Counted from the stretch's first letter, positions 41,937-58,005 are shown. The stretch is DNA of 64,000 nt from the human T2T-CHM13v2.0 reference genome, Homo sapiens (GCF_009914755.1 NC_060938.1); one strand, 5' to 3'. Notes: generated by a model from the letters alone, not told the origin. Made by a program: numbers and translations.

Positions 41937-44617
41937 AGAGAGACAGAGATGAAATATAGAAATATAAAGATAGAAATAGAGACAGAGCTAGAAAGATAAA
42001 AGGAGAATGAGATTTAAACTAAGGCTCAAAGATGTTACAAAACTTGCTCAAAGTCATGTAAATATGACAGAGTCATGATTCAACCGCAGATATGTCTATT
42101 ACCTTAACATCATATGGATTTCCTCTCATCTCTCAGCTAAGCTCTTTAAATTTCCTTTTTCCCAGCCCCCTCACCTGTGAGTTCACAAGCTGCCTTATAC
42201 TTGCATAATGCTAAATTGCCAGAAATATGCTCAGAGTCAGGGCTGACTCTCAAATGTTTACTGAACAAATCACAAAAAGATAGAAGGAAACACCTAGAAA
42301 AGCTGTTTTGGTGATTTTTTTGCCTCTACCTTCTAACGAAAGGGTGAGCCATCCATCTCTCAGTAATCATCTGATATATTGTACTACATCAAGCAAGTCT
42401 GTAGCCATGTATTGTTACCTCAGTATGTTGTCCTTTCTTTATGAAGCTGAATGGACTCTAATGTATGATAGCTACCAAAAAGAAAAAAAGTGGGAGGTTG
42501 TTACTTTCAGACCCAGAATTTGACTGACTATGAATCATACTTGGAACATACAGGTGCATAGAAGCACAAAATGTTCCAGGGTATAACTTAAGTTTCGTTT
42601 TTATGTACTTCTGTACAAAAGAGAGTGCACATATTTGATTGAATGTATTGTATCATTCGTTTATCTTGAAAACTGACCTGAAATACTACCACTTGAGATG
42701 AGCCCAAGAGCCTCAATGGCATTCGTCAGAGGAATGGCAAAGGAATCTGAGTGCCTGAAACTTTAAGACTTATAGCAACTTCCCTTTTAAAAGGAAGCTT
42801 TTAAACTCTGTGTGTGCTTCTAAATCAAGTATTACAACTATGACTTAAGGCAGGTGTCAGGGAAATGTTTTGCACTTTTAAAGATAAGAAGATAGAGACT
42901 CTGAGGTAAGTTGATTCCTGACGCCCTTATGAGTCAGTGAAATTATCCAAGAAAACAAATGGATTTCCTCTGTGTTAGAGAAAGTCTCTTCCTACACGGG
43001 GAATAAAGATATTATCATTATTGTTCCGAGGAACAGACTTCCAAAAAGCAGGATACACTTGCAAACTTCTAAGTTTCCAGTACTTTCCTCAAACCTCAAA
43101 TTTGAACATTCCCAGCAGCTGCTAAAAAGAGAAATAAACGTTTTCATCTGGGTAAGTTAAATGAAAATTTAAATGTTGAAACATTAGCATAGTTATCTTT
43201 CTCTGGGAAGAACATGGTTATTTAGGTCCTTCTTTAACTGGGAGATAGAAATTGTGCCTGACCATCTCCTCCAGGAATTGACAGCCTGGCTTTCTACTGC
43301 TCCATGGAGACTTATAAAGTAGCTCCATGTATTTTAAATGAGAAAAAATAGAAACACTCCGTCAGTAAATCCTTTCTCATTTCTTGTCAATATCCACCCC
43401 TCCCATCATCTTGTGTTGACAGGACCGATTTGCAGAAGGAGGGTTTAACATTACAGACACTCCTTCATCAGCTTAAAAATTGAGATGAGTCAATATTTAC
43501 ATCATGTTGCTGATCTTTAAAGTACATACCCTGTTTTCTGTTCTAATAAATAGCTGTCACTCTTTCCTCCATCAGAGCTTAGCTGAGAGTGGGTTGGCAT
43601 GCTCAGTGGTCCCCGTATTCCAGGAACGATCTAATATTTCATGTCTCTCATGTGACAGCAGGTCGATTTCTTTCTCTCTCTCTTTCATATTGGTTTGCAA
43701 TGACAGACCTTATAAAACCATTTAGGTCAGCTTAAAGAAAAAAAAAATCCATAAGCATGCTGGGTTTATCTGTCTTCAGAAATGCACGGTCTAACATTTA
43801 GTGAAAGAAGATAGGCAGTATGTTTGTTATCTATTTTGCCATGCAATTTTCAGAGCATATTTTTGACTAAAACACTAGATGCGACTACTATGTTTCTATT
43901 TCTTACCAATGAAAAGAAGTTAACACTGAACCGGAAAAAGAGAAAAGCCTTCCATCCTCTAGCCAGAGAGTTCATAACCATAGCAGTATACTTGTTCAAG
44001 ATCCCCTTTACTCTGTGAGTGCTCTCACTTAGCTCCTGGATAAATTTAACTGGGGTTTATTCATGGCACACCTTTTCCAATGGACCCACACTGATCACAG
44101 AATAATTTCAAGATTAGTTTTATGTGTCTTATTGTTCTCAGCTTTTGACTGTTGTTGGTTCTTACTTTCCAAAATCATTGGTATGGTTCAGGAGCACAGA
44201 GGTGTCTAGATCAGAAATAAGCTTTCCTTTTGGACCATCTGCCTCTCACACTGTGGAAAGCCAACTTCAGAAGAGCCTGCTAAGTATGGGTTTTAAAAAT
44301 TAAGCAAAAAGGACAGGAGAAGAGATGATCTGAGATATTATAGATATCTTGACATCCTTGAGAAGATGTCTATTTTACAAATGTGGATTAAGGACTCTGA
44401 GATAAAGAGCAAATGAGGGTAAGAACTTTATTCCCAAACTTACACAGCATATCTGGAGACAAAATAAGAAAGTGTGACACCAAAGCAGATGTCCATTTCC
44501 TGTACTTGTCTGCCTTCCTCACACTATCCAATAAAGATGTGAGCTGTGAGCACCCAATGGAAACATCCAGCAGAGGCAAGAGGGGTCTTTATGTACAATG
44601 CTGTGGTTATGGATTCA

Positions 44618-44620
<3 letters not shown>

Positions 44621-44708
<88 letters not shown>
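44621..44708 (+). repeat. Compound microsatellite (GT)23(GA)21
   Basis: Directly visible perfect repeats. Confidence 0.97.
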
Positions 44709-44712
<4 letters not shown>

Positions 44713-44990
44713 GTAAGAGCCAGGCCTAATTCCAGCTTGATTTGTTCTGTTTCAATGATTTGGTGATAATCTGTTGTTTCAAGGAAGTGCCCTAATGCAG
44801 TAACTAAACCTCATGATATATTTGCATGGACAATTTGGATAAAAGATGCTTAAGTATCATGAGTGACTATTAAGATCAGTTAAGAAAAAGCATTTCAGAA
44901 TCTGCAAGTTCAAACAAGACAAAGCTGAAGAGTGTATGAGTAAAGCTCAGCCTCTGATGTCCTCTGAAATTAATCTGTGAGCTCAGTAAC

Positions 44991-45359
44991 TGCTAGGATT
45001 TGAATGAGGGGTGTCCCCTCAAAAACGAATGTTGAAATTTAATCCCCAATGCAACAATATTAAGACACGTGTCCTTTGGGGTGATTAAGTCATGAGGGCT
45101 CTTATACAAGCACAGGAGGTCGAGGGGAGCACCCTCTTCCCCTCCTCTCCCATGTAAGGACACAGCATATCTCCCCTCTGGAGGATCTGGCAGCAAGGCG
45201 CCATCTTGGAAGCAGAGAGCAGCCCTCACCAGACACTAATCCTGCGGACATCTTGATCTTGGACTTCCCAGCCTGGCAGACTGTGAGAAGTAATTTTTTA
45301 TTGTTTACAAATTACCTAGTCTGTGGTATTTTGTTATAGCAGCATAAATGACTAAGACA
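44991..45359 (+). mobile_element. ERVL-MaLR solo LTR, MSTD-like
   Basis: gttgaaatttaatccccaatgcaaca, caaggcgccatcttggaagcagagagcagccctcaccagacac, end gactaagaca; TSD GTAAC. Confidence 0.92.
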
Positions 45360-46789
45360 GTAACCCAAGCTGAAGTACGATGAAGGAACATTTCCATGTG
45401 GCTAACAATTCAGCTTTTACAGTGGATTTGATATCGACAGGTATTTTTCAGCTTTACCTGGTTACACATGACACCTTAAGTTACTTCTTATGCTTTATCA
45501 ATAGCAGTTCCCAAACAACCAAGATGAAAGGGAAATCCTACAAATGGATGAATAGGAATTAAAAATCCTCAGATGGAAGTGGAACATGTCTAAACCATCA
45601 ATTATAAAAGGCACATTAGTAATTATCTTGATACCCATTCAATAATTCATTATGCTATTGATTGATCAGCAAGCAGGTCAGTTTCAGCCCTTGACCCTGT
45701 AGTTTTCTAGACAATTTCTCTTATAAAATAGGACAATGTTCTTTTTCCTGCATCACGATCCAGGGAGCTGGTGAGAATTGTTTTATAGATCTTTCCTCTG
45801 TTAATGGCTGCTTTGTTTTGTTTTAGTTTGGCACAGTGGATTAGCCATTATGTGATGAGTTTCTATTATTATAGTTTCCAAAGTATGAGAGGAAATGAGG
45901 TAAATGATTAATGGCAGAGTAACTTAGAGTAAGATGGAATTATATAAAGCCATTGAAAAATAGATGGGAAGTGCAGCCTCCCAAATGGACCTTGGTTCAG
46001 CTCCAAGGGTAACAGTCTTATCAAAGGTGTCACAAGGTTTTATTCATGATCCCAAGTACGGGGGCTCTCAGTATTCAATCTTAGCAACTGCACAATACCA
46101 TGAAGCAACAGGAAGCTTCCCAGCCCTGGCATGTGATCCATCCTGTCTCAGAGGGAAGCCCTCTTTGCTCCAGGTCTAGCATCATTTTTATACATCAACT
46201 CCTCTTTATTTTGACTTTCTAAAGTTGCAGTTCAGTTCACTGTTACTTTGGAGATTTTCTTAGAGACCACTTGCATACACTTCAAATGAGCATGGTTTTG
46301 TTCTGTTTTATGTTTGTTTGTTTGTTTGCTTGCTTTTTAAGGCTGTTAAAGAGTTTGGTGGATTGATTTTGGTCGCAGGACCAGGAGATCTAAATGCTCT
46401 TTCTGTTTCGGGTTGTTTTTACAGCATAAACAGAGGCGACTTCATTAAAATGCAGCCTGCTCTGACATGCTACTGGGAAGATCAGTTGGCAAATGTGTAT
46501 GAGTGATTCCAGATGAAAGTGAGGTCACCCAATCAACTTGATAAATAGAGCTCATAGCATAACATCCCACATTCTTACATATCTGAAATTAAAAAAAAAA
46601 TATAAATAATTCTGAATTATTTTACTCTTAAGAGTACAAGTGCACATTGTCTTCTGTGAAGCATAATGGAGAACCCACACCAGCTCATAGACGGCAGCCA
46701 GCATTTTATAAATACCTCACGTTTTTAACTGGTCCTATCCTTATCATTATGGCAACAATGGATACTATTAGTTTTTAACTAACGGTACT

Positions 46790-46965
46790 AACTAATAATA
46801 ATTATAAGGAAAATTGCCAATGTTCTACACATACATATTTCACTGAATCCCCAAAAGAATAAGAGGTGCATTTTATAATTACCATCCCTTTTTACAATGC
46901 TGATGCTAAAATCTCAGGTCAAGTGCTTTATCAAAGTGGCTGAATTAGGACTTGAATTCCATATT
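46790..46965 (-). mobile_element. MIR fragment
   Basis: atttcactgaatcccca..gaggt..atccctttttaca..aagtggctgaattaggacttgaa. Confidence 0.55.
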
Positions 46966-48477
46966 TTGTTTTGATGCTACTCTGCTTTTAGGAAAGATTT
47001 TGAAGAGTGGGGAGGTCTCACTAGAAATACATTTCTAAAAGCCTTGAGAGTTTCTTTAGCTGTGAATTCCCAAAGCAGCTTAAAGAATTTTGCAAGAACT
47101 GAGCTGCTGATTCTTTTACGTCAGTTTGCCACCGAGATGATTTTCTTTCAGAGGAAAAACCGAAGATAGAACAGTAGTTTTCCACTCTGACCTTCCTGGC
47201 TGCCTTCACCCCACCCCATTTCATTCATGCTGCTCCTTAGGCAACAAAACAAATGGGACAAAGCTGTATATCCTTTCCTAAGATAAATTCATCAGGTGAG
47301 GGAGAAAGTTGATTTAGATTAACCATGTGTTGTGTAGGCAAGTTCAACGGAGAGAGAGATTACGTGAAAACCTAACAAGGACATAAGCACCACCTTCACC
47401 AAGCAGGACACGTGGACAAACAAGGACTCCCCAGAAGAACCAAGGGATAGACGAGCATCGCAGGAATAAAACCAGAATATCCAAATCATATTTGTGAAAA
47501 AATTACATTTTCTACTACGTTTTCTTATTTTTATATATTTAAAAAATTTTGCAATGTTCAGTCTCTTCTTGTTTTATAAAAAGTTGGTAAATATCCTTTT
47601 CATCATCTCAACTCTTGTCAGTTCATGGATGGTTTACTCAATTTCGCCTGTTAGTCTCACTTCATGGTATGCTGCCTGTACTTCTCATAAGAGAAAAACT
47701 CCAGCTCAGAATCAGATGCCCTCTAGAGAAAGGCTGGCTTGACTTTGTTGTGTGTCTGCAACAAATGACTTATTTTTTCAATAAAACCCTCAGTGTGGCT
47801 GGGTACCTATATGTTACCTTCTTTCTAAAGCGCCCAAGAGGCCACAGAGATCATTGTCAAAGTGAACTATTGAGCATTGCAGTGCTGGGCATCAGGGGAG
47901 CAAGACTTCGATGACAGGGGAAGAAGGTTTACAAGAGACCAGGGAGAGGAAAGGGAGATCAGCAGACAGCTGTCACTCCATGTCTCTTAAAGACACATTG
48001 GCAGTGAATATGAATGCTTGACAAAGAGGAAATTCAACACTGGAGGGACGACCCATAACTGCTATAATTCAATGCTTCCTGCATTTTTATACAACTTTGT
48101 TATTGTACAGGTTGTTAAATTGATACCTTAATTACATGCATTGTGGCCAAGTTATAGCTGTCATGAGAGGCATAAATCTGGTCTTTTCGACATGCTCTCA
48201 ACCAGATCATTTTGTTAAAGATAGTTGTGGATACAATTTTGATGTCAAAAGGAGATATGCAATACAGAGATTTACTTCACCACTAAATGAGTACAACTGT
48301 TCTCTACCCTGCTGCTGATGGATGTGTTTTGTAAAAAGAGTGAAGTATAACCTGATGTCAAATTCTGAAGGAAATTTATATTGCAGAATTTTAAAATGAA
48401 GCTCTCTTTCTTGGCAAATTGAATAGGTAGTTTAAATTTATAGTCACTATTGCAAAGATTGAGTCAATTAGGACTTC

Positions 48478-50268
<1,791 letters not shown>

Positions 50269-50359
50269 GCAATATGGAATTTGGAGTTTCTGTATTTATT
50301 AAGAGCTTACATGCAATATTTTCCTCTGCATCTCATTTGTGGCTGCCTTTTTGAAAAAG

Positions 50360-50820
50360 AAAATGAAAACAACACACACGCATTTGGATTCAATTTCCGT
50401 ATCTTCAGATGACTAGCCACATTATCGTCTGTCAGTCATTTTGATCCTACGAACCTTAAATTCTTCATCTATAAGAAAGGAATAAGATACTTCTCTACTT
50501 AAAGGATCATTGTAGGGATTAACATTATAAAATGAATTTGAACATACCTTTAATCTTAAGGTGCTTCACTTTCTGCTGCAAATGCAAAGGTTTTATCTGG
50601 TGAGTTGTCTGGCGGAGGAGCTGAGAATTGGTTTAGAGTCACAAAGATGGGGTTTCTAACACTGCATGCCTCTCCTGCAACTCTAGGAAACATCCTTATC
50701 TATTCTAAGCCTCAATGTCCAATATACTTCTTAGGGTTATTTCTGAAATCACAACAGATAGAGTATATAAAATGCCTGGCACACAGTTCATTTAAGAAAT
50801 TTCAGCTATTTTAATTATTT
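50360..50820 (+). mobile_element. Two MIR fragments
   Basis: ttcttcatctataagaaaggaataagatactt; taagcctcaatgtcc..aaatgcctggcacacagt. Confidence 0.55.
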
Positions 50821-51489
50821 TTAGTAGACCAGAGAAGAAAGAGCCACAATCGTTAGTGATATCAGAGTCTTAACCCTCTTAGCTGTATCCAGTGAAGAGT
50901 AAAATTACACTTTCACTCATCCCCAGTTTCTCTCCAGTACTTAAAATTGTTTTCTGAGGCTCAGAAGCATCAATATAGGTAATTCTTAACCATGAAAAAT
51001 GGAATTTCAAAATTTTGCAAATTTATGACAATAAGCTAACCAGACTGCTGTAATCTGCTTCTCATAATAAAAATCAGAGGGCACCTTGTGCCCCCTGGAG
51101 GAGGGCATGAGAAGTGTTCTGGTCAGCCTTGTTCCTATGGTGATATAAGCATTTGAGCAGATGCCCTGGAGGCAGTTAGCAATCACTGTCATGTTGGCTA
51201 ATAGTGTCAGGGTGACATCGATCCACACAGACAACTTTATTCATGTCTCCAGCCAAAACCCTAATCACTTTGCTGATTCTTCCTCAGTCAAACAGGTGGT
51301 GAATGACAGTCATTTAAAATCTCAGACTTTGAAAGTCAGTGTACTAGAGCTCAAAGAAAGATTGCAGAGGCAAGTTAGATACTCTCAGCTCATTATGGAT
51401 TAAGTTGTCAGTTCTTGAGATTAGCTTTCTTTTTGTGTGTGAGTGTGTGCATGTGTGTGTGTGTATTGTGTGTTCTATATGTGTTTTGC

Positions 51490-51878
51490 AGTGGCAGGCA
51501 CAGAGATACTATCTTAGATACCCCTTCAAGGAAGGACTTGCTACCTAGCAGTAAGCTATGTGGTCACCAGTTACCTTCCAGCTCTCAGTAACTTCAGAAT
51601 CTGCCTCAGCTGCTAAAAGCTGCCTTGTCTAATCTCATATCCTTCCCAGGACAGCGACAGCCCATAGCTGAGCCAGGTGGAGTTATAAAGTCCTGCTCTA
51701 GGGCTGCCCACTGGGCTGTCTGAGGTCACTCCAGGCTTTTCCAAGCCTGTACTAGAGTTTAACTTCTGTACTCAATCCTGCTTCCCCCATTTCTTTTGCA
51801 GATATTGATCTCCAATCACCATTTTATACCTCAGACTTTCTTGCAGCACCTGGTCCCTGAGAACTAACTCCTGCAACA
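51490..51878 (+). mobile_element. ERVL LTR16C-like LTR
   Basis: agatacccccttcaaggaaggacttgct-like start, tctgcctcagctgc, caatcctgcttcc, end ctgcaaca. Confidence 0.75.
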
Positions 51879-52345
51879 TATAGGATTGAGGATAGCCCAA
51901 GATAGCAGGATGCAGTTTGGACCTAGATCACCCACAGCTCAGCAGGCAATGGGAAACTCATCACTGGTGGTAGGTAGAACACAGTCCCTGGCACAAGGTG
52001 GCTTTTGAACTGGTAAGAATTTGGCTTGTAAATTGAGAGGGTACCTAGTTGGAAGAGAATGTGCAGCTGGACATGAAGTTCTAGGCATTAAAATGTATAA
52101 GGAAAATAATAGCTATAAAGATATAACATTAGATGGTTATTGCTAAGCAACATTGCTCTTTACATAAAAATAACGAAGAGCTGAGGGAGTGAATTAGAAG
52201 TAAAAGACAGGTGCAAAAGAGAAGTCCTCTCTAATTGCATACAAAAAAGCCCTCATCTCTTCTAGCAGGGCCATACAGAAGCCACATGACAAAACTAAGG
52301 CTTATTAATCACAGTGGCTGAACTTCAAAGGGAGTTCAATGCATT
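51879..52345 (+). mobile_element. ERVL (HERV16/ERV3-16-type) internal leader/gag remnant
   Basis: Follows the LTR; catcactggtggtaggt, ccctggcacaaggtggc, ccctcatctc, cagtggctgaacttcaaagg. Confidence 0.65.
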
Positions 52346-53526
52346 GGTTTGTGACGTGTCCAGAAAGGTCATCCCTGACCCCTAATATTAGTTGTTATCA
52401 TGTTTTCTTCTAACACTTTCATACTTTCATATTTTATGCTTAAACCTTGGCTCCATCTACAATTTATTTCCATTTATAAGGTTAGATCTATATAGTTTAA
52501 AATGTTGAACAAAACTGTTTTAGATTTAAGCCGTTTTAAACATAGCTATTGTGTTTTATTCATGTATTTTCAATAGACAGGACTCAGTTCTCAAGGCATC
52601 GTAAATGACTAAATAAATAAATAAATAAAAATGCCATAACAGTATTATCTTGGTGGTAGGAAATTTGGGATTTCCACCATTAGGTAAGTAGGATAATAGT
52701 TTTTAAAGAGAAAAATAAAAAATGATTGGGAAAGCTCTAAAGAGGTGTATATGTAATGTGTGATTCAATGAAAGTATTTAGAAAAAGGGAGGCATATAAC
52801 CAAAGATGGCAATCCTTCAAATACAGAACCTTTGGCTTTTCTTTTAATTGTTTTAATCTGTTATATTATTTATCCATTTCTGTTTTTCTTTGTTGTTATG
52901 AAATAACCAAAATCAGTCAGGAGCTCTCTGAGTGGCTGTACTTTCTGCTTGTATAAAAAGGGAAGATGCCCAACCCAGCTTTGCTTCCTGTTGGTTTATT
53001 TATTTTACTTATTATAGCTCTGGCAAATTAACAATTAGTGATCATTATTATATTGTTATTGAGTAGTTGAGTAGTGTATTGAGTAGTTTTTATCATGCTA
53101 AAGAAAACATAACAGTTATCCAAGAGAGAAGGTTTTCTGTGATGCCATATTGGAAAAAAAAAAAGTTAACAAGTAAATCTTTATATAATTCTGGGTCCAT
53201 GGAATTAACACTATCTTCAAAATGGCTTTATATAACAAGCAGAAGTGATCTTCATATGATTAGTTCTGGGATCAAACTTCTGTAAAATAAATAATGTATA
53301 CTATTACAATAAGTTACTAAATATATTTCAGAAAGGTGACCCATCTGTTGAGATGAGGCTGATTGTGTACTTTCCTGTTATTCTGAGTTCATAAAAGGAT
53401 AAAGTTAAATATATTTTATGTATATGTATATGTGTATGTATATATGTACATACATAATTCATAGTTACATACTTGCTTATTGTTGATAGATAATTATCCA
53501 TGGGCATCTACCATTTTAACATATTT

Positions 53527-54268
53527 TGTGAGCAGAGACACTGAATGCCTTTGTTGCCTTTGCTTTGGCAATTTTTTCTTTTCTTTTCTTTTTTTGTTTT
53601 TTTTAGAGAGAGGGTCTTGCTCTGTTGCCCAGAGTGCAGGGACAGGGGCAGGATCATGGCTCAATGAAGCCTCAATCTCCTAGGCTCAAGCAATCTTCCC
53701 ACCTCAGCCTCCCAAGTAGCTGGGACTATAGGTGTGAGCTGTCATGCTCAGCTAATCTGATTTTTTGTAGAGACACAGTCTCACTATATTGCCAAGGCTG
53801 GTCTCAAACTCCTGGTCTCAAGCAATTCTCTCACCTCAGCCTTACAAAGTTCTGGGAATATAGGTGTGAGTCACCCCCACCTGGTCTTGTTCCGGCAATT
53901 TTTTCAGGGAAGTGTATATAGCAAAAAGTACTGAAGATGGAGATATTATCTCCTTTTGGAAACAAGCAGAAAGGCATGCTTACATCATTATAAACATTTA
54001 GTTCCCTAAGCTCTGGGTGTCTCTGCTGTATGCAACCCACTGAAAATGCCATCTGTTCCACTGTTTGTCACCCTGTCATAATTGGGGCTTAGGGAACCAG
54101 TGGAAGAAAACATGAATACTCTGGCTACTGCTTTTGCTTTGACTAATAAAGCCCTTGTTTACTGCCCTGGAGTTTCATGTCTACTGCTTGCATCTACAAA
54201 ATTGTGATAGAGTAACTTACTAGCTTGAAAATAGGGTAAAATCTCACACTCTTCACCCATTCTTGACA
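53527..54268 (+). mobile_element. ERVL LTR41-like solo LTR with nested AluJ
   Basis: gttccctaagctc, gcaacccactg, atactctggctactgct, aataaa, tagggtaaaatctca, end ttcttgaca. Confidence 0.78.
53578..53886 (-). mobile_element. AluJ
   Basis: agggtcttgctctgttgcc, ggctcaagcaatc, diverged; TSD ttg(ct/tt)(tt/cc)ggcaatttttt approximately. Confidence 0.9.
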
Positions 54269-54545
54269 ATTATTTATTTAGATAAAGAATTCTGAGTAGA
54301 TGACACATCTTTTACGTGTTATTTTTTAAAAAACGAAATTGTTCTTTTCTCATAGGTGCTGAAAAACAATCAAGATAAAATTGACATTTTGTTATGAAGA
54401 TGAAGAAGCTAGATTTATCTTTTTCATGTAAGAGAGCATTTTTCTTCTCTGCTGAGGTCTAAGCAGAGTTACCTGCAGGTTGGGTTAACAGGCACCTCCA
54501 ATGGCAATTTTAGAGCCAATACAAGACCCTAAAATCTTAGGTACT

Positions 54546-55712
54546 AGATTAGCCAAGGTTTTCTAGAGAAACAGAACCAGTAGGATATATGAATACATGT
54601 GTGAATAGATAGATATGTGTGTATGTATATGTGTATATATAACACACACATATCTATCTATTCACACATATACATACATATATACATACATATATGTATA
54701 TATGATATATATCATGTATATATGATGTATATATACATATATACGTACACACATATCTATATATTCATACATATATTCATATATCCTACTGGCTTATATA
54801 TATAAATTATATACGTATATAAATTATATATATAAATTATATACGTATATAAATTATATACGTATATAAATTACATATATAAATTATATACATATATAAA
54901 TTACATATATAAATTATATACATATATAAATTACATATATAAATTATATACATATATAAATTACATATATAAATTATATACATATAAATTACATATATAA
55001 ATTATATACATATATAAATTATATAGATAAATTATATACATATATAAATTATATAGATAAATTATATAGATAAATTATATACATATATAAATTATATAGA
55101 TAAATTATATAGATAAAGTATATACATATATAAATTATATATGATATATAATTTTTATTTAATTATAAATTTATTTATAATTGAATTTATAATAAATTAA
55201 TTTATTTAATTATAATTTTATTTGATTTTTATTTAATTATATAATTTTATACATATATAAATTATATATATAAATCCAATATATATATATATCTCTCTCT
55301 CTTAGAGAGATCTTAGATCTCTCTCAGAGAGAGAGAGAGAGAGAGAGAGATCTATCTATCTTAAGGAATTGGCTCATATGATTATGGAGGTTACCAAGTC
55401 CAAAATCTTCAGAGTAGGCTATCTGCTGGAGATTCAGGGATGAGCTGATCATGCAGTTCAAATCTGAAGATCATTTGTGGGAAGATTTTCTTCCTGCTCA
55501 GGGTAGGTCGCTCTTGTTTTATGAAAGCCATCAAGTGAGTGGATGAGGCCCACACGCATTTTGGAGGGAAATCGACTTTACTCAAAACTCACTGATTTAA
55601 ATCTTAATTTCATCCAAAAAAAAAACACTCTCATCAAAAGGTTCAGAATAATATTTAACCAAATATTTGGGCACTGTGGCCCACCTATTGGGCAATAAAA
55701 GTAATAATCAGT
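54546..55712 (-). mobile_element. ERVL LTR, MLT2C/D-like, with expanded AT-rich insert
   Basis: ggttttctagagaaacagaaccagtagga, taaggaattggctcat, ggatgaggcccac, ctgatttaaatcttaatttcatcc. Confidence 0.88.
54795..55290. repeat. AT-rich minisatellite (13-17 bp units, core TATAAATTA) and low-complexity AT
   Basis: Units tataaattatatacgta / tataaattacata / tataaattatatacata / taaattatataga. Confidence 0.92.
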
Positions 55713-55987
55713 GGTACCATTGTATAATAAATACATGGCAGTCACTGCAAATCAATAAAAAAAGATTCGACGATCTAATAATTTTGGAACATATTCTATA
55801 GAAATTTCTCTTCCTTGATACATACAATGCATATTAATCTATTAAGTGTTCTGAAAAATCTATAGTAAACCCATTAAACTTTCTTAGACTAAAAAGCAAA
55901 CTTCTTTGATCATATAACGCTCTTTGGGGCAACATCTATTAACAATGAATGAGACTAGCATTCGATAAGGCACTCTTTATTAAATAC

Positions 55988-56412
55988 TGTGTTAGTTCAT
56001 TTAGTATTGGTGTAAAGAATACCCAAGGCTGGGTAATTTATAAAGAAGAGAAGTTTATTTGCCTTGTGGTTCTGCAGGTTGTACAAGAAGCATGGTACCA
56101 GCCTCTGTTTCTGGTGAGTGCCTCAGGACCCTTACAATACTGGTGGAAAACAAAGGGGAACAGGCATGTAGAGATCACATGTTGAGGAAATACGAACGAG
56201 AGAGGAGGGAGGTGCCAGGCTCTCTTTAACAACCAGCTCCCACAGAAACTCAAAGAGCCAGAACTCACTCACTCCCTTCCTAAGAGAGCATTGATCTAGT
56301 CATGTGGAATCCACTCCCCTGACCCAAATACCTCTCAATAGGCCCCACCTCCAACACTGGGGATCACATTTCAACATGAGATTTGGAGGGGATGAATATC
56401 CAAACTATAGCA
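55988..56412 (-). mobile_element. ERVL-MaLR solo LTR, MSTB-like
   Basis: ggctgggtaatttataaagaa, ggttctgcaggttgtacaagaagcatgg, ccccacctccaacactgggg, end caaactatagca; TSD AATAC. Confidence 0.92.
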
Positions 56413-56744
56413 AATACTCCTGTGGAATATGACAGAGCTGATATTTTTCAACTGTGAAACCCCAAGGTTTTACTCACCTTGATTGTTTTAGAACTTTGTA
56501 ATGGAAGTTATTGAATATTTACTCATCTATCCAATATTTTATTAAGGCTCGCCTACGTTAGCTTCCTATTTCAACATTAGGAAGTAAAGGTAATTTTTGA
56601 AGGGGACTTGCACTGTGTTACACATTCTTAGCCTAAATTTATCTTCTCTGTATGTTTTGCATTTTTCAAGCCTTTTTAAAAAATGAACATGCATTTTAGA
56701 CTACCTGCAAATAATGTTACTTTTAGAAGCTTAGAGTCTACAAC

Positions 56745-56941
56745 AAAGCTCCACACATGTTTTCTAGAAAAAGCCTGATAGTAAATATTTTAGGTTTTGC
56801 TGGCCATGTGTCTCAACTAGTTAACTCTGCCATATACAATATGTAAGTAAATGGATGTGGCTGTGTTCCAATAAAATTTTATTTACAAAAAGAGGCAATA
56901 GATAGGATTTGGCCCAAAGGCCATTATTTACTAATCCTCTA
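56745..56941. mobile_element. hAT-Charlie MER58A-like
   Basis: gatagtaaatattttagg, atggatgtggctgtgttccaataaaattttatttacaaaa, ggatttggccc. Confidence 0.85.
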
Positions 56942-56948
56942 TCTAGAA

Positions 56949-57272
56949 TAGTGCTTTCGAGAAATAAGAGAAATAAAGTGAGCTATGAATGGAAAACCAA
57001 ATAATTTTAAATTTTCTAGTAGCTCTATTAAAAAGTAAAAGGAAGCATACAAAATTAATTTTAGTAATATATTTTATTTAATCCAATATATGTCAGCATT
57101 TAAGTATGTAATCAATATATGCACCATTAATGTGACATTTTGCAGTCTTTCTTTTCTAAAAATCTTTGATACCCAGTGTGTATTTTATACTTTCACTATA
57201 CCTCAAGCAAGAATAACCACATTTCAAGTATGCAACAACCACACATAACTAGTGACTATCATATTGTACATT
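56949..57272. mobile_element. hAT-Charlie MER33-like
   Basis: taattttaaattttctagtagc, aatatattttattta, ccacatttcaagt, ctagtgactatcatattg. Confidence 0.82.
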
Positions 57273-57689
57273 TTGTCTATATTTTTCATATCTCTGAATG
57301 TTATTTATTTTTCTAATAAGAAATATTCTTATTACTTTTCTCCTAAGACAGAAGCAAACGTTAATAAAAATTTCAAATACTGTAAATAACTTCAACTTTG
57401 ATCATTCTCATGACTACCAAGACATATAGGTCATATGTCTAAAAGTATTTTAAATGTTGCCAATAACAATTCAAAGGCTTCATTTATAACTAAAAGATTC
57501 ATTCATATGATTCAAAATGTATAAGTACAACAGAAGTACACAACAAAAAGTTTCTTTCACACCCAGTCCCTGTCATTCAGTTGCCTCACCAATATAATCA
57601 ACCGGAAAATGTATTCTTCCAAAAATATTTTTGGTTTTCCATTTTAATAGCTTTATAGCTCTGGTAAAGAACACCTAGCTATATTTTCT

Positions 57690-58005
<316 letters not shown>

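Noticed and set aside
54795-55140. Repeat array as CRISPR-like
   Set aside because: No unique spacers; eukaryotic AT-rich minisatellite
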